A stretch of DNA of 64,000 bases from Candidatus Magasanikbacteria bacterium CG11_big_fil_rev_8_21_14_0_20_39_34 (GTDB taxonomy: Bacteria > Patescibacteriota > Patescibacteriia > Magasanikbacterales > UBA922), in the NCBI GenBank assembly GCA_002787355.1, contig PCWN01000001.1, positions 13,838 through 77,837 on the forward strand, written 5' to 3'. A program made the position numbers and the translations under genes. Within the stretch, counting starts at the first letter, position 1, and the number at the start of each line of letters is the position of its first letter. Of this stretch, positions 29,261-38,149 are shown in pieces. The notes beneath the pieces are model-generated. The model did not search any database. It was not told the DNA's origin and saw only the letters and a program-made list of their open reading frames with translations.

Positions 29261-30235
29261 TTAACTATCAAACGATATCAATGCCATCATATCATGTACT
29301 CTTTGTCTGTCAAACACAGAAAATACTGGTACCCCAAGTAATATTTGTGCATTTACAAAAATTATCGGGCGGCCTACTATATATCCCCTTTTATGGGGTG
29401 GCCGTACTGAAAGAGTAAGCCCATATTTGTTTAAAAAATATTCTTTTATGTGTTCGCGGCGTACCTTTCCAATGGGCAAAATAAATGGTTTATATTTTTT
29501 TGTGTTACTCGAGTAATACATTTTGTGCTCCGCATGCAAAAAAACATATGCCCGTGCCGTCTCTATTCGAAAGGAATTTTTTAACTCTTTTTTTTGTTTC
29601 AGTTCCAATTTTCCATTACTTATAAAAAATTTACATTGCTTTTTTAACGGGCAAGAATCACAAAGTGGTTCTTTTTTACAAACCAAATTTGCAAAATCCA
29701 TAACCGCTCCATTGAAAATTTTTTTTTCGGCTTTTATTTTTTCATCAAAATTTTTTTCATCAAATTTTTCAGATTTATTCCCGAAAAAAAATCTCCCAAA
29801 CACCTTTTGGAGGTTGGTGTCCCACGCTAAGGAGTCTTTTGAATATCCAAAACTGAGGATCGCATTTGCAGTATAGGCCCCAACACCCTGTAACGTCATG
29901 AGTTCTTTTTTTGTTTTGGGAAATTGTCCGCCGTACTCTCTCACAATTTTTTTTGCAGTTTCGAGCATGTTCTTCCCCCGACGATAATATCCAAGCCCTT
30001 GGTAAAAGGGAAGAAATTCCTCCCATGAGGCCTTCGCAAGCTCTTCTACAGAAGGAAACCTCTTTAAAAAATTTTCATAATAGATCACCACCCGAGAAAC
30101 CTGCGTTTGTTGGAGCATCACTTCTGAAACCCAAACTTCATAGGCAGAAATGCGTTTTCTTCTCCATGGAAGCCCCTTCCTCTCATTCTTTTTGAACCAC
30201 TCAAGAAGTCCTTTTTCAAAGGAATAAATTTTCAT
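29261..30235 (-). CDS. mutY: A/G-specific adenine DNA glycosylase
   Basis: GLPWRR, VWVSEVMLQQTQV, LQGVGAYTANAILSFG HhH-GPD, and CKKEPLCDSCPLKKQC 4Fe-4S cluster loop. Confidence 0.85.
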   Translation of the reverse strand: MKIYSFEKGLLEWFKKNERKGLPWRRKRISAYEVWVSEVMLQQTQVSRVVIYYENFLKRFPSVEELAKASWEEFLPFYQGLGYYRRGKNMLETAKKIVREYGGQFPKTKKELMTLQGVGAYTANAILSFGYSKDSLAWDTNLQKVFGRFFFGNKSEKFDEKNFDEKIKAEKKIFNGAVMDFANLVCKKEPLCDSCPLKKQCKFFISNGKLELKQKKELKNSFRIETARAYVFLHAEHKMYYSSNTKKYKPFILPIGKVRREHIKEYFLNKYGLTLSVRPPHKRGYIVGRPIIFVNAQILLGVPVFSVFDRQRVHDMMALISFDS

Positions 30236-30249
30236 ACATCATCAATACA

Positions 30250-30837
30250 TTATTTTTGGAGCCACAGCTCCATGAGTTTATTTTTTTCTATTTGGGAAAG
30301 AGAAAAATCTTTTCCACTTTGCATACGCTGCCGTGTTATCTCCGACAAAAAAAGTGCTGCCGCAACGGAAACATTAAAGCTTTCCACAAAGCCTCTCATA
30401 GGAAAATATATCTTTCTATCACAAAATTTTTGAGCCTCCTTTGAAATTCCTCGATGTTCATTTCCAATGATGAGTGCAATTTTTTCGCATGTAAAATCTT
30501 CCTGATAAAAGTTTGTTGCTTGTGCATCCAAAATGGTACCTACCAAAGTATACCCCTCAGAATGAAGCTCAGAAAGGCAATCCTTGGTAGAAGAAAATGT
30601 TTTATAGGTTAACCACTTATTTGCAGAAGATGAGGATGCTTTTCCTACACGCCTTGGATTATATTGGGGTTCTTCCTCAAAGATAAAATGTACCTCTTGT
30701 ACACCAAAAGCATCGCAGCTGCGAAGAATCGCAGCTGCATTATGAGGATCGGAAATGTTTTCAATCACGACTACAAAGTCCCTCTGTCTTTGTGCTATCA
30801 CTGAATCAATTTTCTGTTGTCTTTGTTCCGTTTTCAT
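30250..30837 (-). CDS. SpoU/TrmH-family RNA 2'-O-methyltransferase
   Basis: VVIENISDPHNAAAILRSCDAFG, LIIGNEHRGIS, ESFNVSVAAALFL SPOUT motifs; start at MKTEQRQQ. Confidence 0.8.
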   Translation of the reverse strand: MKTEQRQQKIDSVIAQRQRDFVVVIENISDPHNAAAILRSCDAFGVQEVHFIFEEEPQYNPRRVGKASSSSANKWLTYKTFSSTKDCLSELHSEGYTLVGTILDAQATNFYQEDFTCEKIALIIGNEHRGISKEAQKFCDRKIYFPMRGFVESFNVSVAAALFLSEITRQRMQSGKDFSLSQIEKNKLMELWLQK

Positions 30838-30854
30838 GTTTATACTTTTTTTAT

Positions 30855-31151
30855 TTACCAGAGGTGCGCTCCAAGGTAGATAATAAGAGCAAGCACACAA
30901 ATAAAGATGATATTCCTAAAAAATTTTTCTCCACCTCGCACATGATACATATTATGAATGTTACTTTTCAGTACAAAGTTGTCATCCACTCCACCACTAT
31001 GGTAGTTTAATTTTTCTTGAATAATCTCTAAGGCATCATCTATTTCTTTTTCATCCAAAAACCCTCTTTCAAGAAGTTCTTCTTTTATTTTGTCTTTTTT
31101 TACACCTTTTGCGAGCTGCTGTTCAATGAAAAGTGTCTCATATCGGGGCAT
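30855..31151 (-). CDS. small hypothetical protein with C-terminal TM anchor
   Basis: 98-aa ORF ending in hydrophobic helix IIFICVLALIIYLGAHLW; no motif. Confidence 0.3.
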   Translation of the reverse strand: MPRYETLFIEQQLAKGVKKDKIKEELLERGFLDEKEIDDALEIIQEKLNYHSGGVDDNFVLKSNIHNMYHVRGGEKFFRNIIFICVLALIIYLGAHLW

Positions 31152-31269
31152 ACTTGAACATTAGTATTTATATCCCCCCTTTTCTGCTGGTATTATAACA
31201 AAAGGCCTTCCCGTGAGCAAGAAAAAGTACACCCAGAAAGGTGTACTTTTTCTATTTGTTCTTTTTTTG

Positions 31270-32136
31270 CTAAAGAAGGATACTTTCTGGAATTTCAGCG
31301 GATTCCTGAACCATATAGATATCCTCACCATATTCACCACGTCCTACAAACTCTGCCCCGCCTTCCAAAACTCTTTCATAGGGTGTGCATGCATGACATC
31401 CATTGCCCTGAGAACACTTAAAGGCCTCAAGCTGACGAGCAAGTTTAATCTTTTTAGCAATTTCCATTACTTTCTGTTCAGATTCTTCCAGTCCCGGCAA
31501 CTCTCTTTGCGTCAAAGCTGGCCCTTCTTCCAAATACCAGTAGCTTACTCTATCTACTTTTCTATGTTGGCAGTTGTGAACCAAGAGATGGTAGATAGGC
31601 AGCTGAAGTGAATCATCTTCTTCACGAGAACGCCCTGTTTTGAAGTCAATAATATGGACACTGTCGGTGTCTTTGAGATATTCTAACCAATCTATTTTTC
31701 CACACAGAATAATATTTTCTTCCTCACTCAACCAATAATACGGAAGATCCTGTTGTATTTTTACTGCTAAATTTTGCAGAGGCCCGGGGTGACTCATAAC
31801 CGTTCTGAGCATTTCTTGACCGCGCATCTTATATTTTCTTTCCTGTTCTTGGCTCACAAACCCTCCTTTTTTCCCTGAAACTTTTTCCCAAACCACATCA
31901 AACTTTTGTATGAGCGACTCACGAAAACGTTTATCTACAGAAAGTGAGGAGAGTTGCTCTAACACCTCATGTACTGCCTGTCCCAAAGCCAGTGCTGGCC
32001 CAACCACCTTAATTTTATTTCCACTTTTTGGGTGACGAAAAATATGCTGGAGATAGTACGCCCGAGGACACTTTTTAAAGTTGGAAATGGAGCTGTGGGA
32101 AACCCACAAAGCCGTATATTTATCTTTCATAGTCAC
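31270..32136 (-). CDS. PD-(D/E)XK nuclease, Cas4/AddB-like with Cys cluster
   Basis: N-terminal KCPRAYYL Cys, central D..E.K nuclease core (IIDFKTGR), C-terminal CSQGNGCHAC three-Cys cluster as in Cas4/AddB family. Confidence 0.65.
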   Translation of the reverse strand: MTMKDKYTALWVSHSSISNFKKCPRAYYLQHIFRHPKSGNKIKVVGPALALGQAVHEVLEQLSSLSVDKRFRESLIQKFDVVWEKVSGKKGGFVSQEQERKYKMRGQEMLRTVMSHPGPLQNLAVKIQQDLPYYWLSEEENIILCGKIDWLEYLKDTDSVHIIDFKTGRSREEDDSLQLPIYHLLVHNCQHRKVDRVSYWYLEEGPALTQRELPGLEESEQKVMEIAKKIKLARQLEAFKCSQGNGCHACTPYERVLEGGAEFVGRGEYGEDIYMVQESAEIPESILL

Positions 32137-32236
32137 TCTAGTATAGCAAATGGGGCTGTGAGTACCAAATACTTGACTTTTTCATGGCTCCAATGTATTA
32201 TATCGGTACGTTTTTCTAAACACCCAGAGAGTCAAT

Positions 32237-32309
32237 GGGCCCGTAGCTTAGTTGGTAGAGCGCCGCATTTGCACTGCGGAGGTCAGGAGTTCGAATCTCC
32301 TCGGGTCCA
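32237..32309 (+). tRNA. tRNA-Ala (anticodon TGC)
   Basis: cloverleaf folded by hand: acceptor GGGCCCG/CGGGTCC with G3:U70 Ala identity pair, anticodon loop TTTGCAC, T-loop TTCGAAT; 73 nt, no encoded CCA. Confidence 0.85.
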
Positions 32310-32394
32310 CAAAACGTGCAAACAGTACAAGAGAACAGTTGGTCCATCAATGAAGCGAAAAAGATTGAGTGCCAACTGTTTTTTACTATTTTAT

Positions 32395-32466
32395 GCCGAG
32401 GTAGCTCAGTGGTAGAGCAGAGGACTGAAAATCCTCGTGTCGTGAGTTCAATTCTCACCCTCGGCA
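32395..32466 (+). tRNA. tRNA-Phe (anticodon GAA)
   Basis: acceptor GCCGAGG/CCTCGGC, anticodon stem GAGGA/TCCTC with loop CTGAAAA, T-loop TTCAATT; 72 nt, no encoded CCA. Confidence 0.85.
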
Positions 32467-32473
32467 CACATAA

Positions 32474-32550
32474 CGGAGTGTAGCTCAGTTGGCTAGAGCG
32501 CCTGGTTTGGGACCAGGAGGTCGTAGGTTCGAGTCCTATCACTCCGACCA
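32474..32550 (+). tRNA. tRNA-Pro (anticodon TGG)
   Basis: acceptor CGGAGTG/CACTCCG, anticodon stem CCTGG/CCAGG loop TTTGGGA, T-loop TTCGAGT, 3' ACCA encoded; 77 nt. Confidence 0.85.
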
Positions 32551-32582
32551 AAAAACACCGTGTTAAACACGGTGTTTTTTTA
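32551..32582. terminator. rho-independent terminator after tRNA cluster (bidirectional)
   Basis: AAAAACACCGTGTTAAACACGGTGTTTTTTT: 8-bp perfect stem flanked by A5 and T7. Confidence 0.6.
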
Positions 32583-34310
32583 TACAGATAGATTCATCAT
32601 TCCATCCTCCGATAAGATTTTAAAATAACACAGCTCACAAAGAAATCGTTTTCCCTCCTCTTCCAAAGACGGTACAAAAATATTTTTCTTGCAGTCGCTA
32701 CATGTTTGCAAAAAAAGTTGTAAATGCAAAAGATCCTTGTATCGTTGCTTTCTTCGTACCGTGGGATGCTTTCTTGGAAGTGCCAGCTGAAATTTTTTAT
32801 GAAATTCCAACTCTGGCTCCACAATTCTAAATGGTCTTCCAGAAACAGGACAAACAAAGGTTTCTTCCAAAAGTTCTTCATGAAAATCTGCAAGTTTTAC
32901 TGGCAACTGTTCAATGGGCAATGCGTCTGAAGTATCTGCTTGCGGGAACTGAAAAAATCGTGCTCCAATTGCTTCAATTTTTTCTTGTGTGAGTGGAAAA
33001 AATACATCCGCATGAGAGGTGTTGTATGCCAAGAGAGAGACCCAGTACGGAAAAAAGTTCCCATACTCTCCTGCCTGAAACATCTGCAGCTTTATTTGAT
33101 CAATGAGTTTCCAATACTCTTCTTCAGAATACTGTACATTAAAGATGCAAAATTTTTTTCTTCGTAATCCGATACACCCAAAGCAATGCTCGCATGAAAA
33201 ACAAAGCTCACTGTACTCTACGTCAACGCAATCATGACACCCAATACACATTTTATTTTCATACCCTCCTGTTACGGAAATAGTGTTCACACAAAGTTCC
33301 AACTGGGTGCAAGTGGTTATATCACAGGCGTCATTTATAAACGACGCATCATACACATTGTATACGCGTTCCATCTTCAATGCCTCGAGCCCCATGGCAT
33401 CTCTACTATCAATAAGATTTGAACCACGAACATTTTCTGACTGGTAATTACTTTCTGCAATGTAGTAACCCTTAGTCCAATAATCTTTTACCTTTCTCCC
33501 CCACTCTTCAACCACTTCTGCATTACCAAGATCTATATTAGAAACTATAGCCTTATACTCTTCCTCTGTAAGTTGCTCATTAAAAAAACAAAATTTTTTA
33601 TTTTCAAGATTTACACAACCAAAACAGTCGCTGCAATTTTTGCACCCAAAGCTGAAGTGAGTATGTATACAACCCAGACTATAGTGTGTAAAAAAACAAT
33701 TTGAACATTCAAAAAGTTGAACTCCTTCATAGATCCACTCCGACTGAACAATGTTTGCAACATCAGCACTATTGGAAGCGTTTATACACATATCTGCGTA
33801 CATCACATTCTCGCATTCCATACCGCCGTAGGTTGCATAAGAATTTTTAAATGATATTTCATTAAGAGACCAGCTACAATTTTCACTCCCGGGATCATTA
33901 TAGATAGCCGGGCGTGGAACCCGCTTTGAAAGCGTAATCCACTGATCAAAAAAAGATTTATCCTGATCAAATTTCTGGCCGTATTGCGTTGCATCAAAGG
34001 CATCTGCATGCCACTCTTCAGGAGAAAGAATCGGTGCTTCACTCTCTGGATCATACATAGAAACAATGGGTTTCCCAGATAATGTTTTGCGCAAAAAAAG
34101 ATCCACCCCGCCAATGTGAGCCCTCAATCTTTGCAATCGTATATGTGGGGCAACGTCCGGAAGTGGAACACCAAGTTTTTTGTAAAGATCAAACTCTTCT
34201 TTTGAGATTTCAAAGTCTATGCCAGATTCAGAACAGGTCCGCCGACCTGCCGTTTGTTTTTGATAGTATTGATCCAAAGCACTCTGAAATTGTGGAGTTT
34301 TTTCATTCAT
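32580..34310 (-). CDS. cysteine-rich protein with internally duplicated CxxCxxCFGC modules (unknown function)
   Basis: 576 aa; two repeats ending ...CxxCxDCFGC(V/I)xLxxKKFC(F/I)FN(E/V)Q(L/Y)(T/S)EEEY, plus C-terminal CSDC...CELC ribbon; 5-bp gap to upstream ATPase gene. Confidence 0.6.
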   Translation of the reverse strand: MNEKTPQFQSALDQYYQKQTAGRRTCSESGIDFEISKEEFDLYKKLGVPLPDVAPHIRLQRLRAHIGGVDLFLRKTLSGKPIVSMYDPESEAPILSPEEWHADAFDATQYGQKFDQDKSFFDQWITLSKRVPRPAIYNDPGSENCSWSLNEISFKNSYATYGGMECENVMYADMCINASNSADVANIVQSEWIYEGVQLFECSNCFFTHYSLGCIHTHFSFGCKNCSDCFGCVNLENKKFCFFNEQLTEEEYKAIVSNIDLGNAEVVEEWGRKVKDYWTKGYYIAESNYQSENVRGSNLIDSRDAMGLEALKMERVYNVYDASFINDACDITTCTQLELCVNTISVTGGYENKMCIGCHDCVDVEYSELCFSCEHCFGCIGLRRKKFCIFNVQYSEEEYWKLIDQIKLQMFQAGEYGNFFPYWVSLLAYNTSHADVFFPLTQEKIEAIGARFFQFPQADTSDALPIEQLPVKLADFHEELLEETFVCPVSGRPFRIVEPELEFHKKFQLALPRKHPTVRRKQRYKDLLHLQLFLQTCSDCKKNIFVPSLEEEGKRFLCELCYFKILSEDGMMNLSV

Positions 34311-34315
34311 ATTTT

Positions 34316-35719
34316 TTATAGTGGTGGCGGAAGTTTCTTTTTCTTTTTATCTTCAGAACTCTTTTTATGCAATTCTTCCACTTTTTCGTTTTTCAGTGTT
34401 TGGTGATACATTTTTTTGTTATTTTCAAGAATTTTTTCCACGTTCTGTGAATATGGTGGCGGTGTGATACGTAAGGACCGGGCAGAAAAAGGCCGCAACG
34501 TTTTTCCATTAAAAGACATCTTTATATAAAATTCCCCTAATCCTAAGTTTAAGAAATCATAGGCATGAAGCTCAGGTTGAAATTCCATAGCAATTCTCTT
34601 GGCATCCATTCCACCAAGACGAAACATAATCATTATGCCAGTATTTCCCAATACTGCGTCAATAAGGTTTTCTGGTATCTGGCTTAAATACTGATTTGCA
34701 ATGGTAATATTGATGGCATATTTTCTTGATTCCGAAAATAGCGATATAAATGACTCCGTAGCCACATTTTGAAACTCATCGACATAAAGATAAAATGGCA
34801 TTCGTTTTTCTTTTTCTTTTTTTGAACGCGCCATGGCCACCTGTTCAATTTTGGTAAGAAAAAATGATCCCAAAAGTGCGCTATTTTTTTCTCCCAGAAG
34901 CCCCTTTGATGTGTTAAGGAGAAATATTTTTTCATCTTCAAGGATACTTTCAACATCTATTTTATTCTCCGGATTGGTAAATATTTTGCGAAGAAGCGGG
35001 TCAGCAAAAAATTCTCCTAACCTGTTGACCAAGGGGGTTATTGCCTCTTGATCATATTTTTGACTAAAACCTGCAAATTCCACGGAGAAAAACCTCCTGG
35101 TCATTTCATCTTGCAAGGAAGACACCACCTTCTGGCGAAACTTTGCGTCGGTAATAAGTTGTAAAAGTCCATAGAGTGTTCCCTCTTCATATTCCAACAT
35201 GGCAAGCGCCGCAAATCGAAAAAGATGCTCGATGCGGGGTGTCCAGGTACTCATGAACTGCTTTTTAAAAATTTCTACCAAACTCTGTGCCACATGTTGA
35301 CGCATGTCCATCGGGACACTGGCAAATGGGTTAAAGGCAAGAGAATACTCGGTATTGGCAGGATCTATATATACGGTATCTAATATTCGTTCCTCCGGGA
35401 TGCAGGCAAGTAAATTTTTAACCAAATCTCCATGCGGATCAATCACAGCTACCCCATAATCACTCTCTATATCGCTTCTAATGAGGTTTTCCAGCAAATA
35501 AGACTTCCCCATTCCACTTTTTCCTAAAATGTACGTATGGCGGTTTCTATCCACTCTACTTATACCAAACTTTTCTGCAGTTTGATACATTCCACTTATA
35601 TAGAGCGTTTTTCCAATAAACGAAATTTCATCCTCAAGATCTGGATGATATTCGGGTAAGTCATTAGGAGACGCCAGAAGAGTAAAGGGGTATTTATCAG
35701 ATGACATATATATTTTCAA
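34316..35719 (-). CDS. HerA/FtsK/VirD4-superfamily P-loop ATPase (T4SS coupling-protein-like)
   Basis: Walker A ILGKSGMGKSYLLENL, VAVIDPHGDL, Walker B FYLYVDEFQNV; no TM; about 467 aa. Confidence 0.7.
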   Translation of the reverse strand: MKIYMSSDKYPFTLLASPNDLPEYHPDLEDEISFIGKTLYISGMYQTAEKFGISRVDRNRHTYILGKSGMGKSYLLENLIRSDIESDYGVAVIDPHGDLVKNLLACIPEERILDTVYIDPANTEYSLAFNPFASVPMDMRQHVAQSLVEIFKKQFMSTWTPRIEHLFRFAALAMLEYEEGTLYGLLQLITDAKFRQKVVSSLQDEMTRRFFSVEFAGFSQKYDQEAITPLVNRLGEFFADPLLRKIFTNPENKIDVESILEDEKIFLLNTSKGLLGEKNSALLGSFFLTKIEQVAMARSKKEKEKRMPFYLYVDEFQNVATESFISLFSESRKYAINITIANQYLSQIPENLIDAVLGNTGIMIMFRLGGMDAKRIAMEFQPELHAYDFLNLGLGEFYIKMSFNGKTLRPFSARSLRITPPPYSQNVEKILENNKKMYHQTLKNEKVEELHKKSSEDKKKKKLPPPL

Positions 35720-35773
35720 TATAAAAGAATTCTCAAAAACTATACCAGAAAGCTTTCACCACGGCAAACAAAA

Positions 35774-37465
35774 TTAGTCAATTGCGCCAGAGGAAAAACG
35801 AAGTTTCATTTCTTTTTTCTGTTCTTTTTTCAAAACACGAAAGGTGTGCTTGGTCCACGGCTTTTCCCGCAATAAACTGGCCACCCAGTCTCCACCCAAA
35901 AGATGGGGCATCATAACATAATCTGCTCCAGCACCATACAAATCATCCATGTGTTCGGAGTGATACAGGTTTGCAATAATCCGTGATTTTCCGCCCAAAG
36001 AACGCACATGCTCAATCAAGGTAATCTGGTCATCTACCTCCGGAAGGGTAGAAAGAATAAGTCGTGACTTTTCCAAGGGTAGTGTGTACAAAAATTCTAC
36101 ATCGGCAGCATCGCCAAAATAGGCTGGAATGCCCCTGTGTTTGAGACGTGATAGTGCCGTGGGATCAAAGTCTACTACAGCAAACCGAACATTTTTTTCT
36201 GCCAAGGCCTCACAAACCTTCCACCCAATTCTATGGTATCCAAAAACCCAAACATCATACTTTTCCTCTTTGTCCTCTCGTTGTCGCTGTCCATCTTTCC
36301 CAAAAATTTGGAAAATGGGCAATAGGAATCTATAAAATTGTTCATTGTAGGTTATGGCATAAGAGGAAATGAATATCGTGATAAGAGCCATAAACGTATA
36401 AATCTGAAGCTCATACTCCCCCACGAAACCCAGGTGCTGTCCCAAAAAAAGAAGAATGAAACCAAATTCGCTCACCTGTGCCGCGGTCACTCCTGCCAGA
36501 AAGCTATTTCTTCTCGTAAACTTCAACATGCGAAAAGAATGATACAGGATAAATGGTTGACCAAGAAGAATAAACGCAGACAGAATGGTTGCAGGAAGCA
36601 CAACTGCACCAATATTGGAAAGGCTCATCTCAGAACCCAAAATAATAAAAAAGATTACAATAAAAAAATCTCTCAGTGGTTTGATTCTACTACTTATTTC
36701 ACTCTGGTAGGACGAAGACCCCAAGGTTATTCCCGCAACAATGGCACCAATTTCTACCGGGAACCCAATCCAGTAAAGCAAACTGGCAATACCAAAACAC
36801 CAAGCAATCGTAAAAATAAATAAAAACTCACGGGATTCAGCAACGTGATCCAAGATTACGGGAAGAAGGAACTTTGTTAAAAAATATATGAGTGCAATAA
36901 GCAAAATCAGCTTAATCACAAACTGATTAGTAATAGTCAACCAACTTCCACCACTAGAAAGTTGCACAAAAATCATCATAATGGATACGGCCAGAATATC
37001 TTGCACCACCATAAGACCCAAAACATGTCGTCCATAAACAGTTTGAGAATCCTTCTTATCATTAAGAAGTTTTACAATAATAATGGTAGAAGAAAACGTG
37101 ATTCCAATGGCAATATACAGGGAAGGATAAAAATCAAAATTAAGGAGTCTTAATATAAAAAACCCAATAAGGGCAGTAAAACTCACCTGAATGAGTCCTA
37201 CCAAAACAGAAACCTTTCCAATTTTTTTTACATGTGCAACGTTTAAACTTAGCCCCACCACGAAAAGAAGAAGAACAACCCCAAATTCCGAAAATGCATC
37301 AAAGAGGTGTTCGTCTCCCTGTAACAAACCCAAAAAAAGTGGACCCGCAATAATTCCCGCAACTATGTAGGCTACCATGAGTGGCTGTCGCAATATGCGC
37401 ATTACAAAAGCAATAGAAACGGTAATTCCCAAAAGAATGCTTACCTGCAAAAAAATATTATCCAT
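35774..37465 (-). CDS. CPA2-family cation:proton antiporter with C-terminal TrkA-N (RCK) domain
   Basis: about 12 TM Na_H exchanger core then VWVFGYHRIGWKVCEALAEKNVRFAVVDFD Rossmann RCK domain. Confidence 0.8.
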   Translation of the reverse strand: MDNIFLQVSILLGITVSIAFVMRILRQPLMVAYIVAGIIAGPLFLGLLQGDEHLFDAFSEFGVVLLLFVVGLSLNVAHVKKIGKVSVLVGLIQVSFTALIGFFILRLLNFDFYPSLYIAIGITFSSTIIIVKLLNDKKDSQTVYGRHVLGLMVVQDILAVSIMMIFVQLSSGGSWLTITNQFVIKLILLIALIYFLTKFLLPVILDHVAESREFLFIFTIAWCFGIASLLYWIGFPVEIGAIVAGITLGSSSYQSEISSRIKPLRDFFIVIFFIILGSEMSLSNIGAVVLPATILSAFILLGQPFILYHSFRMLKFTRRNSFLAGVTAAQVSEFGFILLFLGQHLGFVGEYELQIYTFMALITIFISSYAITYNEQFYRFLLPIFQIFGKDGQRQREDKEEKYDVWVFGYHRIGWKVCEALAEKNVRFAVVDFDPTALSRLKHRGIPAYFGDAADVEFLYTLPLEKSRLILSTLPEVDDQITLIEHVRSLGGKSRIIANLYHSEHMDDLYGAGADYVMMPHLLGGDWVASLLREKPWTKHTFRVLKKEQKKEMKLRFSSGAID

Positions 37466-37579
37466 TTTTTTTTACAAAAATTATTTTACTTACACATTGT
37501 ATCAAATTTTTTCTTTTTTGTCTTTTATTTTATACAAAAAAATCACCACGTGTGTGGTGATTTTTTTCAAAAAGTTTTT

Positions 37580-37963
37580 TTACATCATGAACCCAAAGTA
37601 CACCAATACAATTCCCAAAATAATTGAAAAAGAAAATTCAAGCAAAAACATGCTTTCTTTGTGTGCTTTTTTTATTGCCTCATATACCAACCCCGGGAAC
37701 AAAAGAAGTAAAACTCCTTTCAGAAAAGCCGCCCACCCCAAGAGGGTAATGAGATCTTCCCAGCCACCGGTCCACTGGCTATGCGAAAGTACCAAAAGAG
37801 ATCCCAGAGCAAAAACCGGAATTCCCCATAAAAACACATGTGATGGGTCACTTACGACCGAACCTACAATTGTCTTGTATTCATTCTTATTAATAAGAAG
37901 TGCAAGACCAATTACAAGAAAAAAAAGTCCAAAAAGTTGGGCTAAAAAAATGGAATTCGTCAT
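37580..37963 (-). CDS. small 4-TM membrane protein (unknown)
   Basis: 127 aa, four hydrophobic helices; preferred over the overlapping low-complexity + strand ORF 37377..38048. Confidence 0.4.
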   Translation of the reverse strand: MTNSIFLAQLFGLFFLVIGLALLINKNEYKTIVGSVVSDPSHVFLWGIPVFALGSLLVLSHSQWTGGWEDLITLLGWAAFLKGVLLLLFPGLVYEAIKKAHKESMFLLEFSFSIILGIVLVYFGFMM

Positions 37964-38149
37964 AGTATGTTTTATTAAAAATAAAGAGATTTTATATTCT
38001 TTAAAAAAAGTATACCATATTCAAACGTTCTTTCCTACTCCGTATTGAACATACCCACATATCCACATTTTTGTGCACAGGAGTGCATTCCATCTTCCCA
38101 AATGAAAACGATTGCCAAGACTGAGTTGGAGTGTTACTATACCCACAAA

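Noticed and set aside
32216-32551. 111-aa minus-strand ORF
   Set aside because: Exactly overlaps the three hand-folded tRNA genes (Ala, Phe, Pro). The tRNA interpretation is far better supported.
37377-38048. 223-aa plus-strand ORF
   Set aside because: Low-complexity, Lys/Phe/Tyr-rich. It overlaps a minus-strand ORF with four clean TM helices and the HolA start. Judged spurious.
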